A DNA stretch of 48,549 nucleotides from Mesotaenium endlicherianum. Its lineage: Eukaryota. The translations under genes were made by a program, and so were the position numbers. Where the stretch lies: contig WELA01003449.1 of the NCBI GenBank assembly GCA_009602735.1, positions 334,120-382,668 of the forward strand. The letters are read 5' to 3'. This document shows positions 1 to 12,519 of the stretch, piece by piece. The first letter of the stretch is position 1, and each line of letters opens with the position of its first letter. A model generated the notes under the pieces. It worked only from the letters and a program-made list of their open reading frames with translations, ran no database searches and was not told the origin of the DNA.

Positions 1-8
1 TATCATAG

Positions 9-260
9 TTTGGATAAGGTTGTGGCGGCGACGGCGGCGACGGCGGCGGTGACGGCGACGGGGACGTCGGCGACAGCGACGGCGGCGACAGCGACGGCGG
101 CGACGGCGGCTGCGGCGATGGCTGAGTGCCTCATCAGCAGCAGCCAGCTAGCGGGGAAGCGTGCCCTTCAGGCTCGTCAGGGTCATGCAGAGTACACAGC
201 CTCCACGGGTCCCACGGATCTCTTGGTCTTTCCAGCTCATCCCTCTAGCGTGCAGAAGGA

Positions 261-310
<50 letters not shown>

Positions 311-768
311 AGGAAGAGGAGCAGGGACAGTGGAACATGCGAGAGAGTGCAAGAGCGCGAGCGGCGGGCTACTCTTTCAGAGAAGATGGCGACACCTCCT
401 CGGCTGCCGCTGGCGCCCCTGATCCTGCCCCTGCCCCTGCCCCTGCCCCTGCCCCTGCCCCTGCCCCTGCCTCTGCCTCCGCCTCCGCCTCTGGCGGGGC
501 CGTTGGGGCGGGGGTTGCTCCTGCGGCGGGCTCTGCTGCCAAGAAGAGGGCCGCAGAGATAGAGAGGCTGAGTCAGCTGCTGGCGCGCGTGCGGCGAGAC
601 GCGACTCGGATGGTACAGAAGCGCGAGTCGCAGATTCTGGAGGAGGTGCGGGCGGCGCGGCAGCGCCAGGTGGCGCGCGAGGCCATCTCGCAGCTGGCTG
701 CCGGCCAGCTTGACTCCCCAAAGGAGGGCGGGGGCTACGACACTCGGGCTCGTTCGGTTGCTGGCTGA
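9..768 (+). CDS. Possible terminal exon of a gene starting upstream of the window (low-complexity, coiled-coil-like protein)
   Basis: Long open frame that starts right after a possible acceptor (tatcatag, 1-8) and ends at TGA 766-768. It encodes TA-, EQ- and AP-repeats plus a charged helical segment (KKRAAEIERLSQLLARVRRDATRMVQKRESQILEEVRAARQRQVAREAISQL). No family recognised; the repeats alone could keep the frame open. Confidence 0.35.
256..490 (+). repeat. Hexanucleotide microsatellites (CAGGAG)n and (CCTGCC)n
   Basis: Directly visible: CAGGAG repeats at ~256-310 and CCTGCC/GCCTCC repeats at ~424-490. A GCGACGGCG-type repeat also lies at ~25-118. Confidence 0.9.
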
Positions 769-3700
769 CGCTGCCCGCCTGGCTCGTCCGGACATCGGCC
801 GGCGATTGCCTGGAAGGACGCCCGCGCGCCACTTGTCACCGACCACGCGGGTGCGCCGTGCAGCTGTGCCTCTGCCGTCCTTGGCCTGGCTGTCTGTTCT
901 GCTCGTCGATGATAGGCCCGAAGTTGGGCACTGTGGAGGGGGGCCAGCTTGGTGGACCTTCTGCATACTCGTGTAAGCTCTTCCAATGGAGGTAGTGAGG
1001 AGGGAGGAGAAGGGGACGGGGGGGGAAGGCAGGGGGGCGAGGGGGGGAGGGTAAGCAGCTAAGTGGCAGTATATGTGCAGTCCCGGAGATGGGTAGCATT
1101 GAGTCGGAGCAGCGACACGTAGTTGCTGGAGGTCATGCTTGTTGCGGCTCTAGGTGGTAACTGAAGTAACCGAAGGATACGGGGCCGGCAGGTGCTTGAA
1201 GGCGACGTGGACGAGGGGTTTCCCGGACGCGAGTGTAAAGCAATGTACGACAGATGTGTGGAGCGGGCGGCACAGGCTGATTCAATGCAGGCGTGCACAT
1301 CAGCGCGTGCAGAGCTTGAACCTGTCAGGCAATATCGCAGGGTCTCCTCACTAAGGCAGGAACGAGTGCCCCTCTCCCCTCTCCCCCCNNNNNNNNNNNN
1401 NNNNNNNNNNNNNNNNNNNNNNNNNNNNNNNNNNNNNNNNNNNNNNNNNNNNNNNNNNNNNNNNNNNNNNNNNNNNNNNNNNNNNNNNNNNNNNNNNNNN
1501 NNNNNNNNNNNNNNNNNNNNNNNNNNNNNNNNNNNNNNNNNNNNNNNNNNNNNNNNNNNNNNNNNNNNNNNNNNNNNNNNNNNNNNNNNNNNNNNNNNNN
1601 NNNNNNNNNNNNNNNNNNNNNNNNNNNNNNNNNNNNNNNNNNNNNNNNNNNNNNNNNNNNNNNNNNNNNNNNNNNNNNNNNNNNNNNNNNNNNNNNNNNN
1701 NNNNNNNNNNNNNNNNNNNNNNNNNNNNNNNNNNNNNNNNNNNNNNNNNNNNNNNNNNNNNNNNNNNNNNNNNNNNNNNNNNNNNNNNNNNNNNNNNNNN
1801 NNNNNNNNNNNNNNNNNNNNNNNNNNNNNNNNNNNNNNNNNNNNNNNNNNNNNNNNNNNNNNNNNNNNNNNNNNNNNNNNNNNNNNNNNNNNNNNNNNNN
1901 NNNNNNNNNNNNNNNNNNNNNNNNNNNNNNNNNNNNNNNNNNNNNNNNNNNNNNNNNNNNNNNNNNNNNNNNNNNNNNNNNNNNNNNNNNNNNNNNNNNN
2001 NNNNNNNNNNNNNNNNNNNNNNNNNNNNNNNNNNNNNNNNNNNNNNNNNNNNNNNNNNNNNNNNNNNNNNNNNNNNNNNNNNNNNNNNNNNNNNNNNNNN
2101 NNNNNNNNNNNNNNNNNNNNNNNNNNNNNNNNNNNNNNNNNNNNNNNNNNNNNNNNNNNNNNNNNNNNNNNNNNNNNNNNNNNNNNNNNNNNNNNNNNNN
2201 NNNNNNNNNNNNNNNNNNNNNNNNNNNNNNNNNNNNNNNNNNNNNNNNNNNNNCCCCCCCCCTCCTCTCCTTTTCCCCCTTCGGCCTGTCTTTCCACTTT
2301 TCTCCTTCTGGCACTTTTTTACTGGAAGCAAGTAGTAGGGTCTCCTAAGAGAGGTTGGATTTGATCAAGAATGAGGCGCGAAGTGTTTCGTTTTTTCTGT
2401 TGATTATGGCAGCCTTGACGTTGTAGGGAGTGAGAATACATCATGAGGTGTGCTGGTAGAAGGTGCAAATGCGCACTTTTTTGTTTTCTTGTGTTTGATT
2501 GTTGGTACATGGAGGCTTCTGTTTCCTGTTGGCAGGCAAGCGATTGGGGTCCTAGATTAGGAGTGTGGTGCTTTAGCCTTTGTGCGTAGTGGTGTGTAGG
2601 GCTGCTTGGATGTGCGTAGAAGGTCAGGTATGGTTGGCCAAGGTCTGCATGTGCATGGCACGTTCATAGGTAATTTAGCTGGTGTCTCACAGTGTGAATG
2701 AGTGGGGAGGGGAAGGGTTAGGTAGTGGTAGATGAGCTGCCTGTGCTTCGGCAGGGCACGTGTGAGGATAGGTGCCGTGCACATTGTAAGTTGCGATGCG
2801 TGTGCCGAGAGGGCTTCGATCTGGCTTGTAATTTTTCTCTTCACAAGGCGCTTGGTTCAGGGACCACTATTGGTCCAGTGGTGGTGTGGCAAACTTTCAG
2901 TACGCGGAGTAAATGATTATCTTCCACAGAGAAAGATCTGATGAACTGGGTCCGCTCATCGTGCATGTTAGTGTGCCGTGCACGGCTTCCTGCATCAGAA
3001 ATCTGGCTGGTGCATGCACGCCCTGTGTTCCTGATGACGTTTGGAGGGAGCTTCACGATTGAGTCAGCCACATAATGACCAGCATGTCTACATCAGAGTA
3101 TCAGTGTGAGTAAGTACGTACGTATTGCATATCGAGATGGATGCAGTCAATGAATGCGCAGCTGTCCTGTGATTTTTATGACTGCGCACGTCTCAGGGCC
3201 ATCGGAGAGCCTAGTTAGCTCGATTCTGCGTGTCTTACCTGCTAGCTCTTGTATGCGCCACCGTCAATACTTGTATATATGTGATGCGATTAGGGCGGTC
3301 GATGTGAAGTCAAATATATTTTCTATGAAGTCGAGCAAGGGATAAATGGAGCAAATGATTGGGACATGTTATTGATGCTGACTTTGATCAATGCGGTTAT
3401 CAGAGTGCGCGCACTGATCAACCTGCCTTGAAAGAGGCGTACGTAAGACTCGAGCACTCAACGTCACAGGGCTTTAACGTACATAAGGAAGCTACATCAA
3501 GAAATTTGGTACAAACTGCGCGAGGAGATTAAAGCCGCTTAATGAGAAGAGGAGGCTAGTAAAAGGAAAGCAAAATAAAAGCAAGAGACAGACTGGCTTG
3601 ACGCCAGCTCATCAACAGACAATTCCAGAAGAGCAGGTGGAGAGAAGAATGTGTCTGGCGCATGCAGGTGGAGAAACGTCCGGATGTACTTTGATGAGAC

Positions 3701-3925
3701 GGTGGAGAGAGCAACGAGCTTAAGAGTGCCTATAAACATGCCACAGGCGGAGAGTTGGGTGTACTATATAGGTGTGACACAGGTAGAGGGGGGAGGTGGA
3801 GAGAGAAGAGCCTCTAATAATGACATAGGGGGACAGTAAGACGCGTCTGGATGTGACGAGACAGCCCCAGCTGGGCCCCTGAGCTGAGGACGCTGCTGCA
3901 TGTCGGGCCAGATCGACATCCACCG

Positions 3926-6900
3926 TCAGCCGCCAACGCACATGTAGAACACAAACAGCACGAGAGAAACGCAGGCCACGATGATGCCGGCCATATAGAG
4001 CCAGTGGGGCGGGGCCTGCTCCTCCCCATCCTTATAGCCATGGCCACCGCCGCCGCCGCCGCCGTCATGTGCCCCGTCAGCGCCACGCGGGCCCTGCGCT
4101 TGCTCCAAGACCTCCCTCACGGCCTGCAGGTCCCCCTCCTTCGCCATTTTGAACAGCAGGTCTGACTTGTCCGCCAGCCTCTTTCCGAGAGCCTCCCTGC
4201 TGCATGGGCTGCCGCCGCTCATGCCGCTGCTGCTGCCAACGCGGCGGCTGCCGCCACCTGGCGACCACACAAAGGCCGTGGCCTTCCAGAGGAGGATGCC
4301 GACGTAGAAGGCCGCCACCACGTCCACCGAGTAGTGGTGCCTCTCTCGGATCTCCCGCTGGCCTGAGTGGATCGTGAGCAGCCAGATGATGACAGATGTC
4401 GCGCCGGGAAAGGTCTCCTGGACAGGACAGGGCGGGGCGGGGCGAGGCAGGGCGGGGCCGGGCCGGAGGCGGGCGAGCGGGTGAATGAGCAGGTGGAGAA
4501 GCACACCAGAAAACACAAAGGGGGCCGTACAGTAGCTGCAACCGCAAGCCCTCGATCCCACGAGTGTGTAACAGTGACCTCTCACTTTTCTGAAAGCTTT
4601 CATACGCCGGCGAACCGGAAGATGACTGCCGCTTGGTCCTTTTTGAGGGCCTGCCTGTCGCTACACAACAGCTTCAAGAGAAAGCTCCTCTGTTCAAGAG
4701 CACGCGTGCGCACGAATGGAGCCTAGTCCAACTCTTCGGCCTTCTGCGGCGTGCGTGCTTGCGTGCGTGCGTGCATGCACAGGAGAGGAGAGAGTCGAAT
4801 GAGCGTCAGACAAACAAATCGCAAGCTCCTGGACATAAAATACGAACCCTACACCCGAAACCCTAAACTGGACTTAACTATCTTTGATGCAAACCCTTGC
4901 TCCCAAGCTCAGAGCCCCGGACTCGGAACCCAGAAGCAAAAACCCTCAACCCCACTACTCCCAAGCTTCAGAGCCACAAAAACCCAGCCCCATGCAGACA
5001 CACATACAAGCCCACAAGGAAAGGGAGCCAAATCCCCCACCCCCTCCTTGCACCCAAGCCAGGTCCTGTTTGCCAGGTTCTGATTGGCAGGTTCTAATTG
5101 CCGCCTTCTGCTTGCCAGGGGCTCTGCTGCTGCCTGTTGCTGTGGTCCAGTGCAGCAGCCGCAAGCCACAAGCCCCAAGCCGACAAAGCAGGTATGAGAT
5201 GAGAGCACGATGGGGAGAGTCGCGTGTGGCGGCCCCGCGCCAGGTGGCAAGGCAAGGCACGACGGGGCGGGGGCAGAGCGGGCGCGCGTGCGGGCGCACA
5301 TGTGGTGCAACGCGCGACCTGCGCAACACAACAGATGGCAGGCGAGCGGGAGGACAGGTGGCTGCCGGGGGCAGTACCTGCCAGGCGCAGGCCGTGAGCA
5401 CGGCCACGAGCATGTGGCCGCTGAAGGCGAGGTCGTTGCAGCCGCCGCCCGGCCGCACGACGGCGCCCTGCGCCAACGAGGCGTGGCCGCCCGCCCGCGC
5501 GAGCTCCGCCGGGTCCGCCGGCCGCACCAGGCTGACGAGGATCTGCCACACGCCCCAGTCGGGCGCGTACTCAGGCGGGTACGGCTTCTCCATTGCTGCC
5601 ACGTGTCGGGGGAGAGGGGGAGGGGGAGANNNNNNNNNNNNNNNNNNNNNNNNNNNNNNNNNNNNNNNNNNNNNNNNNNNNNNNNNNNNNNNNNNNNNNN
5701 NNNNNNNNNNNNNNNNNNNNNNNNNNNNNNNNNNNNNNNNNNNNNNNNNNNNNNNNNNNNNNNNNNNNNNNNNNNNNNNNNNNNNNNNNNNNNNNNNNNN
5801 NNNNNNNNNNNNNNNNNNNNNNNNNNNNNNNNNNNNNNNNNNNNNNNNNNNNNNNNNNNNNNNNNNNNNNNNNNNNNNNNNNNNNNNNNNNNNNNNNNNN
5901 NNNNNNNNNNNNNNNNNNNNNNNNNNNNNNNNNNNNNNNNNNNNNNNNNNNNNNNNNNNNNNNNNNNNNNNNNNNNNNNNNNNNNNNNNNNNNNNNNNNN
6001 NNNNNNNNNNNNNNNNNNNNNNNNNNNNNNNNNNNNNNNNNNNNNNNNNNNNNNNNNNNNNNNNNNNNNNNNNNNNNNNNNNNNNNNNNNNNNNNNNNNN
6101 NNNNNNNNNNNNNNNNNNNNNNNNNNNNNNNNNNNNNNNNNNNNNNNNNNNNNNNNNNNNNNNNNNNNNNNNNNNNNNNNNNNNNNNNNNNNNNNNNNNN
6201 NNNNNNNNNNNNNNNNNNNNNNNNNNNNNNNNNNNNNNNNNNNNNNNNNNNNNNNNNNNNNNNNNNNNNNNNNNNNNNNNNNNNNNNNNNNNNNNNNNNN
6301 NNNNNNNNNNNNNNGGGGTGGGGGGGGGGGGAAGAGAAAGAGGCAGCCGCTTTCTTGTAGCTGCCTCCTCCTCCTCAGCCAACTACGCCTCCTCCGCCTC
6401 CTCCTCCTTGCCTGGCGGGGCCAGGAAGCTTCCCTCTAAGCTGGAGCAGGGGGCAGGGGCACACATCTTGCGAGGGGAATCGGGGACTCAGTTTGGGCTT
6501 AATTTTTGAGTATGAGAAAGAGACCTTCCGCATGTGCCTGCTAGGCACGGGACTGAGAGGCCAGGGTCAGAGTCAGCGGTTAGGTTCGGGTTGTTAGGTT
6601 CGGGTTGCAACACTGATGTCGTGGAGGCCAGGGCTAGGGTCGGGACCGATCCCGGGCTCTGCTGGGGGCCCCAGCACTGAAATGGGCACACGGGTGCACA
6701 CATGCTCGAGAACATCCAGATCGTTGTGGTGGATGCAATAGGTGAAAGAGAGAGGAGTCTCCGAGTCTAGCTACAATTCCAATCAAAAACCCTACTTCCC
6801 CAGAACCCCAAATCAGAAACCCTAGAACCTGCCTGAACGCCGAGCCAGAAGAATTAGACTCGTCGGAAAAGGCCTCCGGGGAGCAGCAGAGAGGGAGGTA

Positions 6901-9671
6901 GCACATTGCGACACGTCACGCACGTCATGCAAATGAGACGCGCAGGGCGATGTTTGAACAACGAGCAGATGCAAGCGAGGGGGGAGGGGAGGGAGAGGGT
7001 GATGGACAGGTGGCGCGCGGACCCACCGAAGCATGTGTCGCGGCGCAGGAGCTCCTGCAGCATGAAGTGGCTGCCGGCGTAGGGCACGTGGTAGCGCTGC
7101 GCCCACGGGTGGGGGTGGCCCGCGCTGCCCCAGAAGCGATCGCCCGCGCACCAGGGCCGGGGCGAGGGCAGCAGCGTGCTCGAGAAGGTGAGCACGCGCA
7201 GCAGCCGCCCGGCCCCCATGGCGAGGCAGTAGCGCGCGCCCAGCGCGAGGCCGGGCGCGTCGGCGTAGCCGAAGAGCACGGAGAAGGCGAGCATGATGAA
7301 GAGCATCAGGAAGTGATGGAGCTCGATCAGGCGCATGCGGAGGAGCGCCACGATTGGCTGCGGCAGGGCCTCGTTTGCCGCGAGCAGCGCCCACTGGCCG
7401 GTGTCCGGCAGCGGGGCCGCGCCGCTGCAGCCCGCCCCCCCGCCCATTAACCCGCCCGCCAAACGAGGCACCCGGCACACGCGGCAGCGTGAGTTGAGGT
7501 GGGGTAAGGTGGGGTGAGGTGGGGTGAAGTGAGGTTGGTGAAGTGAGGTGGCCGGCCCTCCGCAATAAGGGGAGGGGCAGGTGGCGGATGCAGATTGCGA
7601 CAGGCGACAGGCGACAGGCTGGAAAGGGGGCAGGGGTTGGGGGACGTGCGGGGGGGCGAGCAAGAGTGGGTGTTTGGTGGGGGGAAGGGTAAGAGCATTG
7701 ACTCTTTGAATGATGACGACAATGACGTTGATGTCAACATCTTGCATGGCCCCGTTCACACACGCTCTTCGCGATGCTGGAGCTGGGGACCCTAAGAGTA
7801 AGAGGCCTCTGCATGGGCCCGACAGGTAGGTGTGGGAACAAGAAGTAGGGTTTTTGGCTTCAAGCTCTACATGAGCCACGATGCTGGAGCTGGGGCCCTC
7901 CCAGGCCTTGCTAGGGCTGGCCAGGAGGCACTGCCATCTGGCGCAGTTGGCACCGTCCGTTGGGGGCTCATGGAGGGGGCGCTCCTCCTACCAGAGAGAA
8001 AGAGTGCCTCATTGCTTTCCTCGTTTGCTGGATTTTGTGCAACAGGTTATGCTTTTGAGTCCAATTGGGGATGCACCTGCTGGCGCAAAACACTGACCCT
8101 CAAATCCCTGATCTCGCAATACCAGGAGCCCTCTTGACCTGGAACCCTTGACCCAAACCCGAAACCCTAAAACCTTAGACCTAAGCTGTTGCGAGAAAAG
8201 AGCATCCTACGACGCGACGGCAACAGGCACTTGTGCGGAGTATGTGATGGCCGGCGGCTGCTGCATGCGCAGAGACCCTTCTGATTAAGGACCCAGAGTC
8301 GCAGTGCTCGCGCTAGAGCGGCGTCATTGATCAGAAGCAGCAGAAGCAAACTATCTGTCATTCTTTCTCTCTGTCATGAAAGTAAACTCGTACATCTTGA
8401 TGGGTGATATACGGGCGGAGGACCATCTTTTGATGGAATTAGGGTTGACTCGGCACTCAATCAAGGTGTATTGGACACACGCCTGTAGATGTGCGCACAC
8501 TGTGTGTACTTACATAAGTGCTCACGGGTGTATCTGCTCTCACGTACACCTTCTCACAAAGTGGTGCTTTTGCCTAAGCCTTTTTAAACTCCAATGCATG
8601 CATGCATGCATGCATGTTGGAAGTTTTATTGAGGAGATTTAAGGTGCACGACAAAATGATTTTTTTGAAAACCCAATGCACGCATGCATGTCGATAGCCT
8701 TAACGAGAAAGCTAGAAGATGAACGCGAGGAAGCCAGTCCCCTGTGCACGACGAGTTTGTTACGCATGAATGTGTGTGTCTATGTGTGTGTGTGTATGTG
8801 TGTGCGTGTGTGCGTGCGCGTGTGAACATTTTCCCATGGAGGCGTTGGGAAGCGTGTGTAAGAGTGCAAAATACTAAGTATCTCGCACCCATGCCAGCCT
8901 AGACCCCTGATGGTCTAGGGTTTTGAATTAAGGTTCTCTGAATGAGCGTTCTAAATAAGGGTCTTATTTTTTCCGTTAACCATCCTGGGCACCGTAAGTA
9001 CCCCAGCCTAGACCCGTGATGACTGAGAGATAGGGTTTACACTTTAGCGCACAGTATGCCACACCTATGCCAGCCTAGGCTGTTGACGATTCAACGTAGG
9101 GCTTAAGCTTAAGCGCGGAGCACACTGTCTCTGTGGCAGTCTCTCTGTGGCAGTCGGGGAACACGTGACAACTCAAGACTAGGGCTTTGGCTTAAGCACC
9201 CCGTGCACCATCATCTAGTCCAGTCTGGGCCCTTGACGTATTAGGGTTGGGGTTTGATCTGTGCAAATCAAATGCAAACCTGTGCCTGTGTTAGCCCCAT
9301 GTCCACTCAGGGTACACGGTTTCGGTGTTGGCTTAAGCAAGGAGCCAGCTGTACCTATGCCAATCGAGGCCCATGACAACGGTAGCAAACTGAACCATGA
9401 TCACCTCCACAGCAATGGCGGAAATGAGGAAGAGGGCGCAGGCCACGAATTTTGGGGCTGCCCGAAGTTCTGCCCGCAAGTGCTTGTACGTGGGCGCTTC
9501 GCAGAGGGCGAGGATAGCAAGGCAGCCCCAGAGGCCAGGCTGGATGATCTCTGAGTAGGAGCGAGGGAGCCAGCTGGCGCGCTCCCGCCAGTAATCGAGG
9601 GCCACATAGGCCAAAGCGACTGTCCCCAGACCGGACATGGGCCAAAACTGGCGCCATTTAAGTCCGGCCAT
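3926..9671 (-). CDS. PLM: PHLOEM UNLOADING MODULATOR-like protein (sphingomyelin synthase / IPC synthase / PAP2-like family), 4 coding exons, ~474 aa
   Basis: Exons (minus strand) 9671-9355, 7424-7027, 5595-5378 and 4417-3926; all introns are GT-AG with matching phases. The translation contains GLGTVALAYVALDY, MGLDWH, PLPDTGQWALLAANE, LHHFLMLFIMLAFSVLF, GRLLRVLTFSSTLLPSPRPWC, GGGCNDLAFSGHMLVAVLTA and HSGQREIRERHHYSVDV. These match my recollection of the Arabidopsis At1g43580/PLM family and the SMS catalytic SGH and HYxxD motifs. Confidence 0.9.
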
Positions 9672-10652
9672 CTTAGCCAAGCCACAAGCTGATTGAAAAT
9701 CAATCAGAGAAGGCTAGCTTTAGCTGCCCTCTTTGATGTTGAAAAACATTTTGGGAGCACAATGAGGAAGGTCCTTGCTGTCTAGCACGTTATAGAAATC
9801 GCTTTTTCCTCCTTATGAGCGTTATTACTTCCCCGTTGCCCGTTGCAAAAGAAGTAATCAGCGTAAGCGGAATGGCAGGTGGTAGCTAATTTGTTATCCT
9901 GTCACTGATGCTCATTAGTAACCTGCAAATAGGATTAGAGCTCGGCTCACAGATCGCCCATGGTAAACGATGCACAATTGAAATGGAAGTTGCACAATCT
10001 GACATACCATGCACCCTGCAATTTACCGCAAGTAGCTGACTTGCGTCGGTTACATACAGTTAAGAATCAGTATACGCTCGAGGAGTTTCATTAGTACCGG
10101 AACTGACCGGAACATAATTTTGTTTGATTATAGTTACATATATCATTTGAACCCAATTGAAACAGGTCATTAGGACGAGGACGACCACATTTTAAGCGAG
10201 CACCGTACTGGAGGGCTGGCGTCGCTGTGGAAGCACTGCCGTGGCGCTCTTTAGAATTTAGCTGTGAATCGACGACATAAAGATGTCCACGCCGTCGACC
10301 TGGACATTCTAGACACGACTCCGTACAATGTTCGAGAAGCTCTTGAGCATGCTCGAGCTCTTGCTCGCCAGGCTTTTGAGCGACTGTAGGCGAAGGTGCT
10401 TCAGTAAGCCGAGCCCCATACATCGTCGCACGAGCGACCATGGCGTCGCCCGGATCGGACTCGCACGAAATAGACCCATTTCTTGCAGATTTCTTGGCGT
10501 CGAGGACAAGCATTGACAAGCATGATCATTTTCCTCCAGCAGCTATATACAGACCACAGTGACATCTTTACTCTTAGCTTTGCAGTCTTCGATTAAGTGC
10601 ACAACAAAATAAGACTTTCTTATTTCGTCTATTGTGATTTGGTTGCTTCAAG
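9672..10652. promoter_or_regulatory. Divergent (head-to-head) promoter and 5'UTR region between PLM and GrpE
   Basis: The start codons at 9671 (-) and 10653 (+) are under 1 kb apart and point away from each other. A candidate PLM 5'UTR intron lies at ~10007-9923 (minus strand GTATGT...TTTGCAG). Transcription start sites cannot be determined from sequence alone. Confidence 0.5.
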
Positions 10653-12519
10653 ATGGCTGCCTTATTGGCTCTCAAGCCTTCTATTTCACTGAAATCTTTG
10701 AAAGTACCTCAGCTGGGTCAATCAACGCAAAGCAGTGTTGGTCGAGTGTGCTGTAAGGTTTTTTATCCAGCCCTTGCTCTGTCAGCTAACGACATCGGCA
10801 CCGGAATGTCCGTAGGAAGACCTTGCTCATTAACTGGTCTCAGTAAGCCAGCTGCAAGGCATAACCGTTCCGCTCGCTTTTTGGGGCAGCCTAGAGCAGT
10901 ATCCGAAGAAACATCTGAACCTATTACCGCAGAGGTAAGCGTGGTTTTCGAGTTTGTGGCATTTTTTCTCTTGTTGCGACTTCACTGTTGGTTGTATATT
11001 TTGAAGCACACCCAGTCAGTCTCTGTGGAAACTGTCTCTAGTCCAAGAGGCATCCTTCTCTTGCATATGGAGCTGGCTGACTGACTACAGCGATACCAGT
11101 AAGGCGCTTTTGTATCATCAGCCGAGAAATAATGAAGTAGCGTGCTATGGATGAGAGTGGCCAGATAGACATGGGTTAAGCAGCTGGGTTACGAGGGTTC
11201 TGTACTTGCAGGAAACGGTTGAAGAAGCTTCTGGGAACGGAGGTGAAGAGTCCACCAGCGCACAAGATCTCTCTGACCTTCTGAGGGAGTATAAAGAACG
11301 TGTTCTGGCTTATGATGAGGACGCTGTCAATGAGATTGAGAAAGTTTTGATGACAGCTGTCCAGGGCTCAGGTGGCCTCGAGAAGCAGGTCACGAGTCTC
11401 ACAGAGGAAGTTGGCTTGAGCAAGGATAGATTTCTTCGCTTGAATGCAGACTTTGATAACTTCCGGAAACGCTCAGAGCAGGAGAAGGCAGCCCTAGCTG
11501 TGAACATTCGAGCAAGAGTGTTAGAGGATCTGTTGCCCATGATTGACAATTTTGAGAGGGCAAAAACTTCCATCAAAGCCCAAACAGAGGGGGAGACAAA
11601 GATTGACAACAGTTACCAGGGAATATATAAGCAGTTTGTTGAAGCCATGAAAAGCATGGGGGTGACTGCTGTTGAGACGAATGGCAAGGAGTTTGACCCT
11701 GCTGTAAGTTCCACACCTTATGCTTTTGGAATATTCACCTTTCTTTTTTCATTGTATGAGCCGTAGATCAGGAATTTCAAAATTTGTCGCCCGAAAACGT
11801 CTGGCAATATTTAGTGATGAGGCCACCCTTTGGTTGTAAGGACGCACTTCTGCTGAGGGAAGACGCAATATGCCCCGACCTCACTGATCGTAGGATGGTG
11901 GCATGAGGATCTTATTCTGTAGGGTGCTTGCTTAAGGTATAACAGAGTGATTGGGGCACTGCTGGGTTTCTTTAGGAAGTGCTGGGGATTCCCCGGGTAG
12001 AGTGCATCTGCCTGGACACAGACAATATTGATGCAGGTTAATATGCAGTAATGTAAAGCCAAGGTTGAGAGGGCTGTTTGTGTTGAGTTCCTGCTTCAAT
12101 TGTGCAAGCTGAAGTTGTCATTGTGAGATACTTTGCTATGGGGGCTTGTCAAGGACATGGCATGTGCACTTGTGCAGGCTGGGGGGGTATTGCCTCATAA
12201 AGGTTTTTGACCATGTTGCTAAGGTTTGACCATGCTGTCGAGGTTTTGAATGGTCAAACTGCTGGTTTATGCCTGGAATGAGCAGGTTCACGAAGCCATC
12301 ATGCGCGAGGAGTCCAATGAGTTTGAGGAAGGTATGGTTGTTCAGGAGTTCAGGAAAGGGTTCCTCATTGGGGAGAAATTGTTGAGGCCTTCTATGGTGA
12401 AGGTTTCAGCTGGTCCAGGTCCTTCTCAGGATGGACCTGCTACGCAAGTGGAGCCAGTTGAAGCTGAGGCTGAAGCTGCTGCTGCTGCAACTGCAGCCGC
12501 TGACGAGGCTCAAGCTTAA
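10653..12519 (+). CDS. GrpE: Plastid-type GrpE nucleotide exchange factor (Hsp70 co-chaperone), 3 exons, ~335 aa
   Basis: Exons 10653-10934, 11212-11703 and 12286-12519, with phase-0 GT-AG introns. GrpE motifs DRFLRLNADFDNFRKR, LLPMIDNFERA, IDNSYQGIYKQFVE, FDPAVHEAIMREES and FRKGFLIGEKLLRPSMVKVS are present. The Ser/Arg/Ala-rich, acid-poor N-terminus resembles a transit peptide. Confidence 0.93.

Noticed and set aside
1192..1345. Protein-like stretch LEGDVDEGFPGRECKAMYDRCVERAAQ after a possible acceptor
   Set aside because: Could not be linked to any gene model or family, and the adjacent gap prevents evaluation.
10091..10519. 142-aa minus-strand ORF between PLM and GrpE
   Set aside because: No recognisable domain. 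It lies in the presumed divergent promoter/5'UTR region and is probably non-coding.
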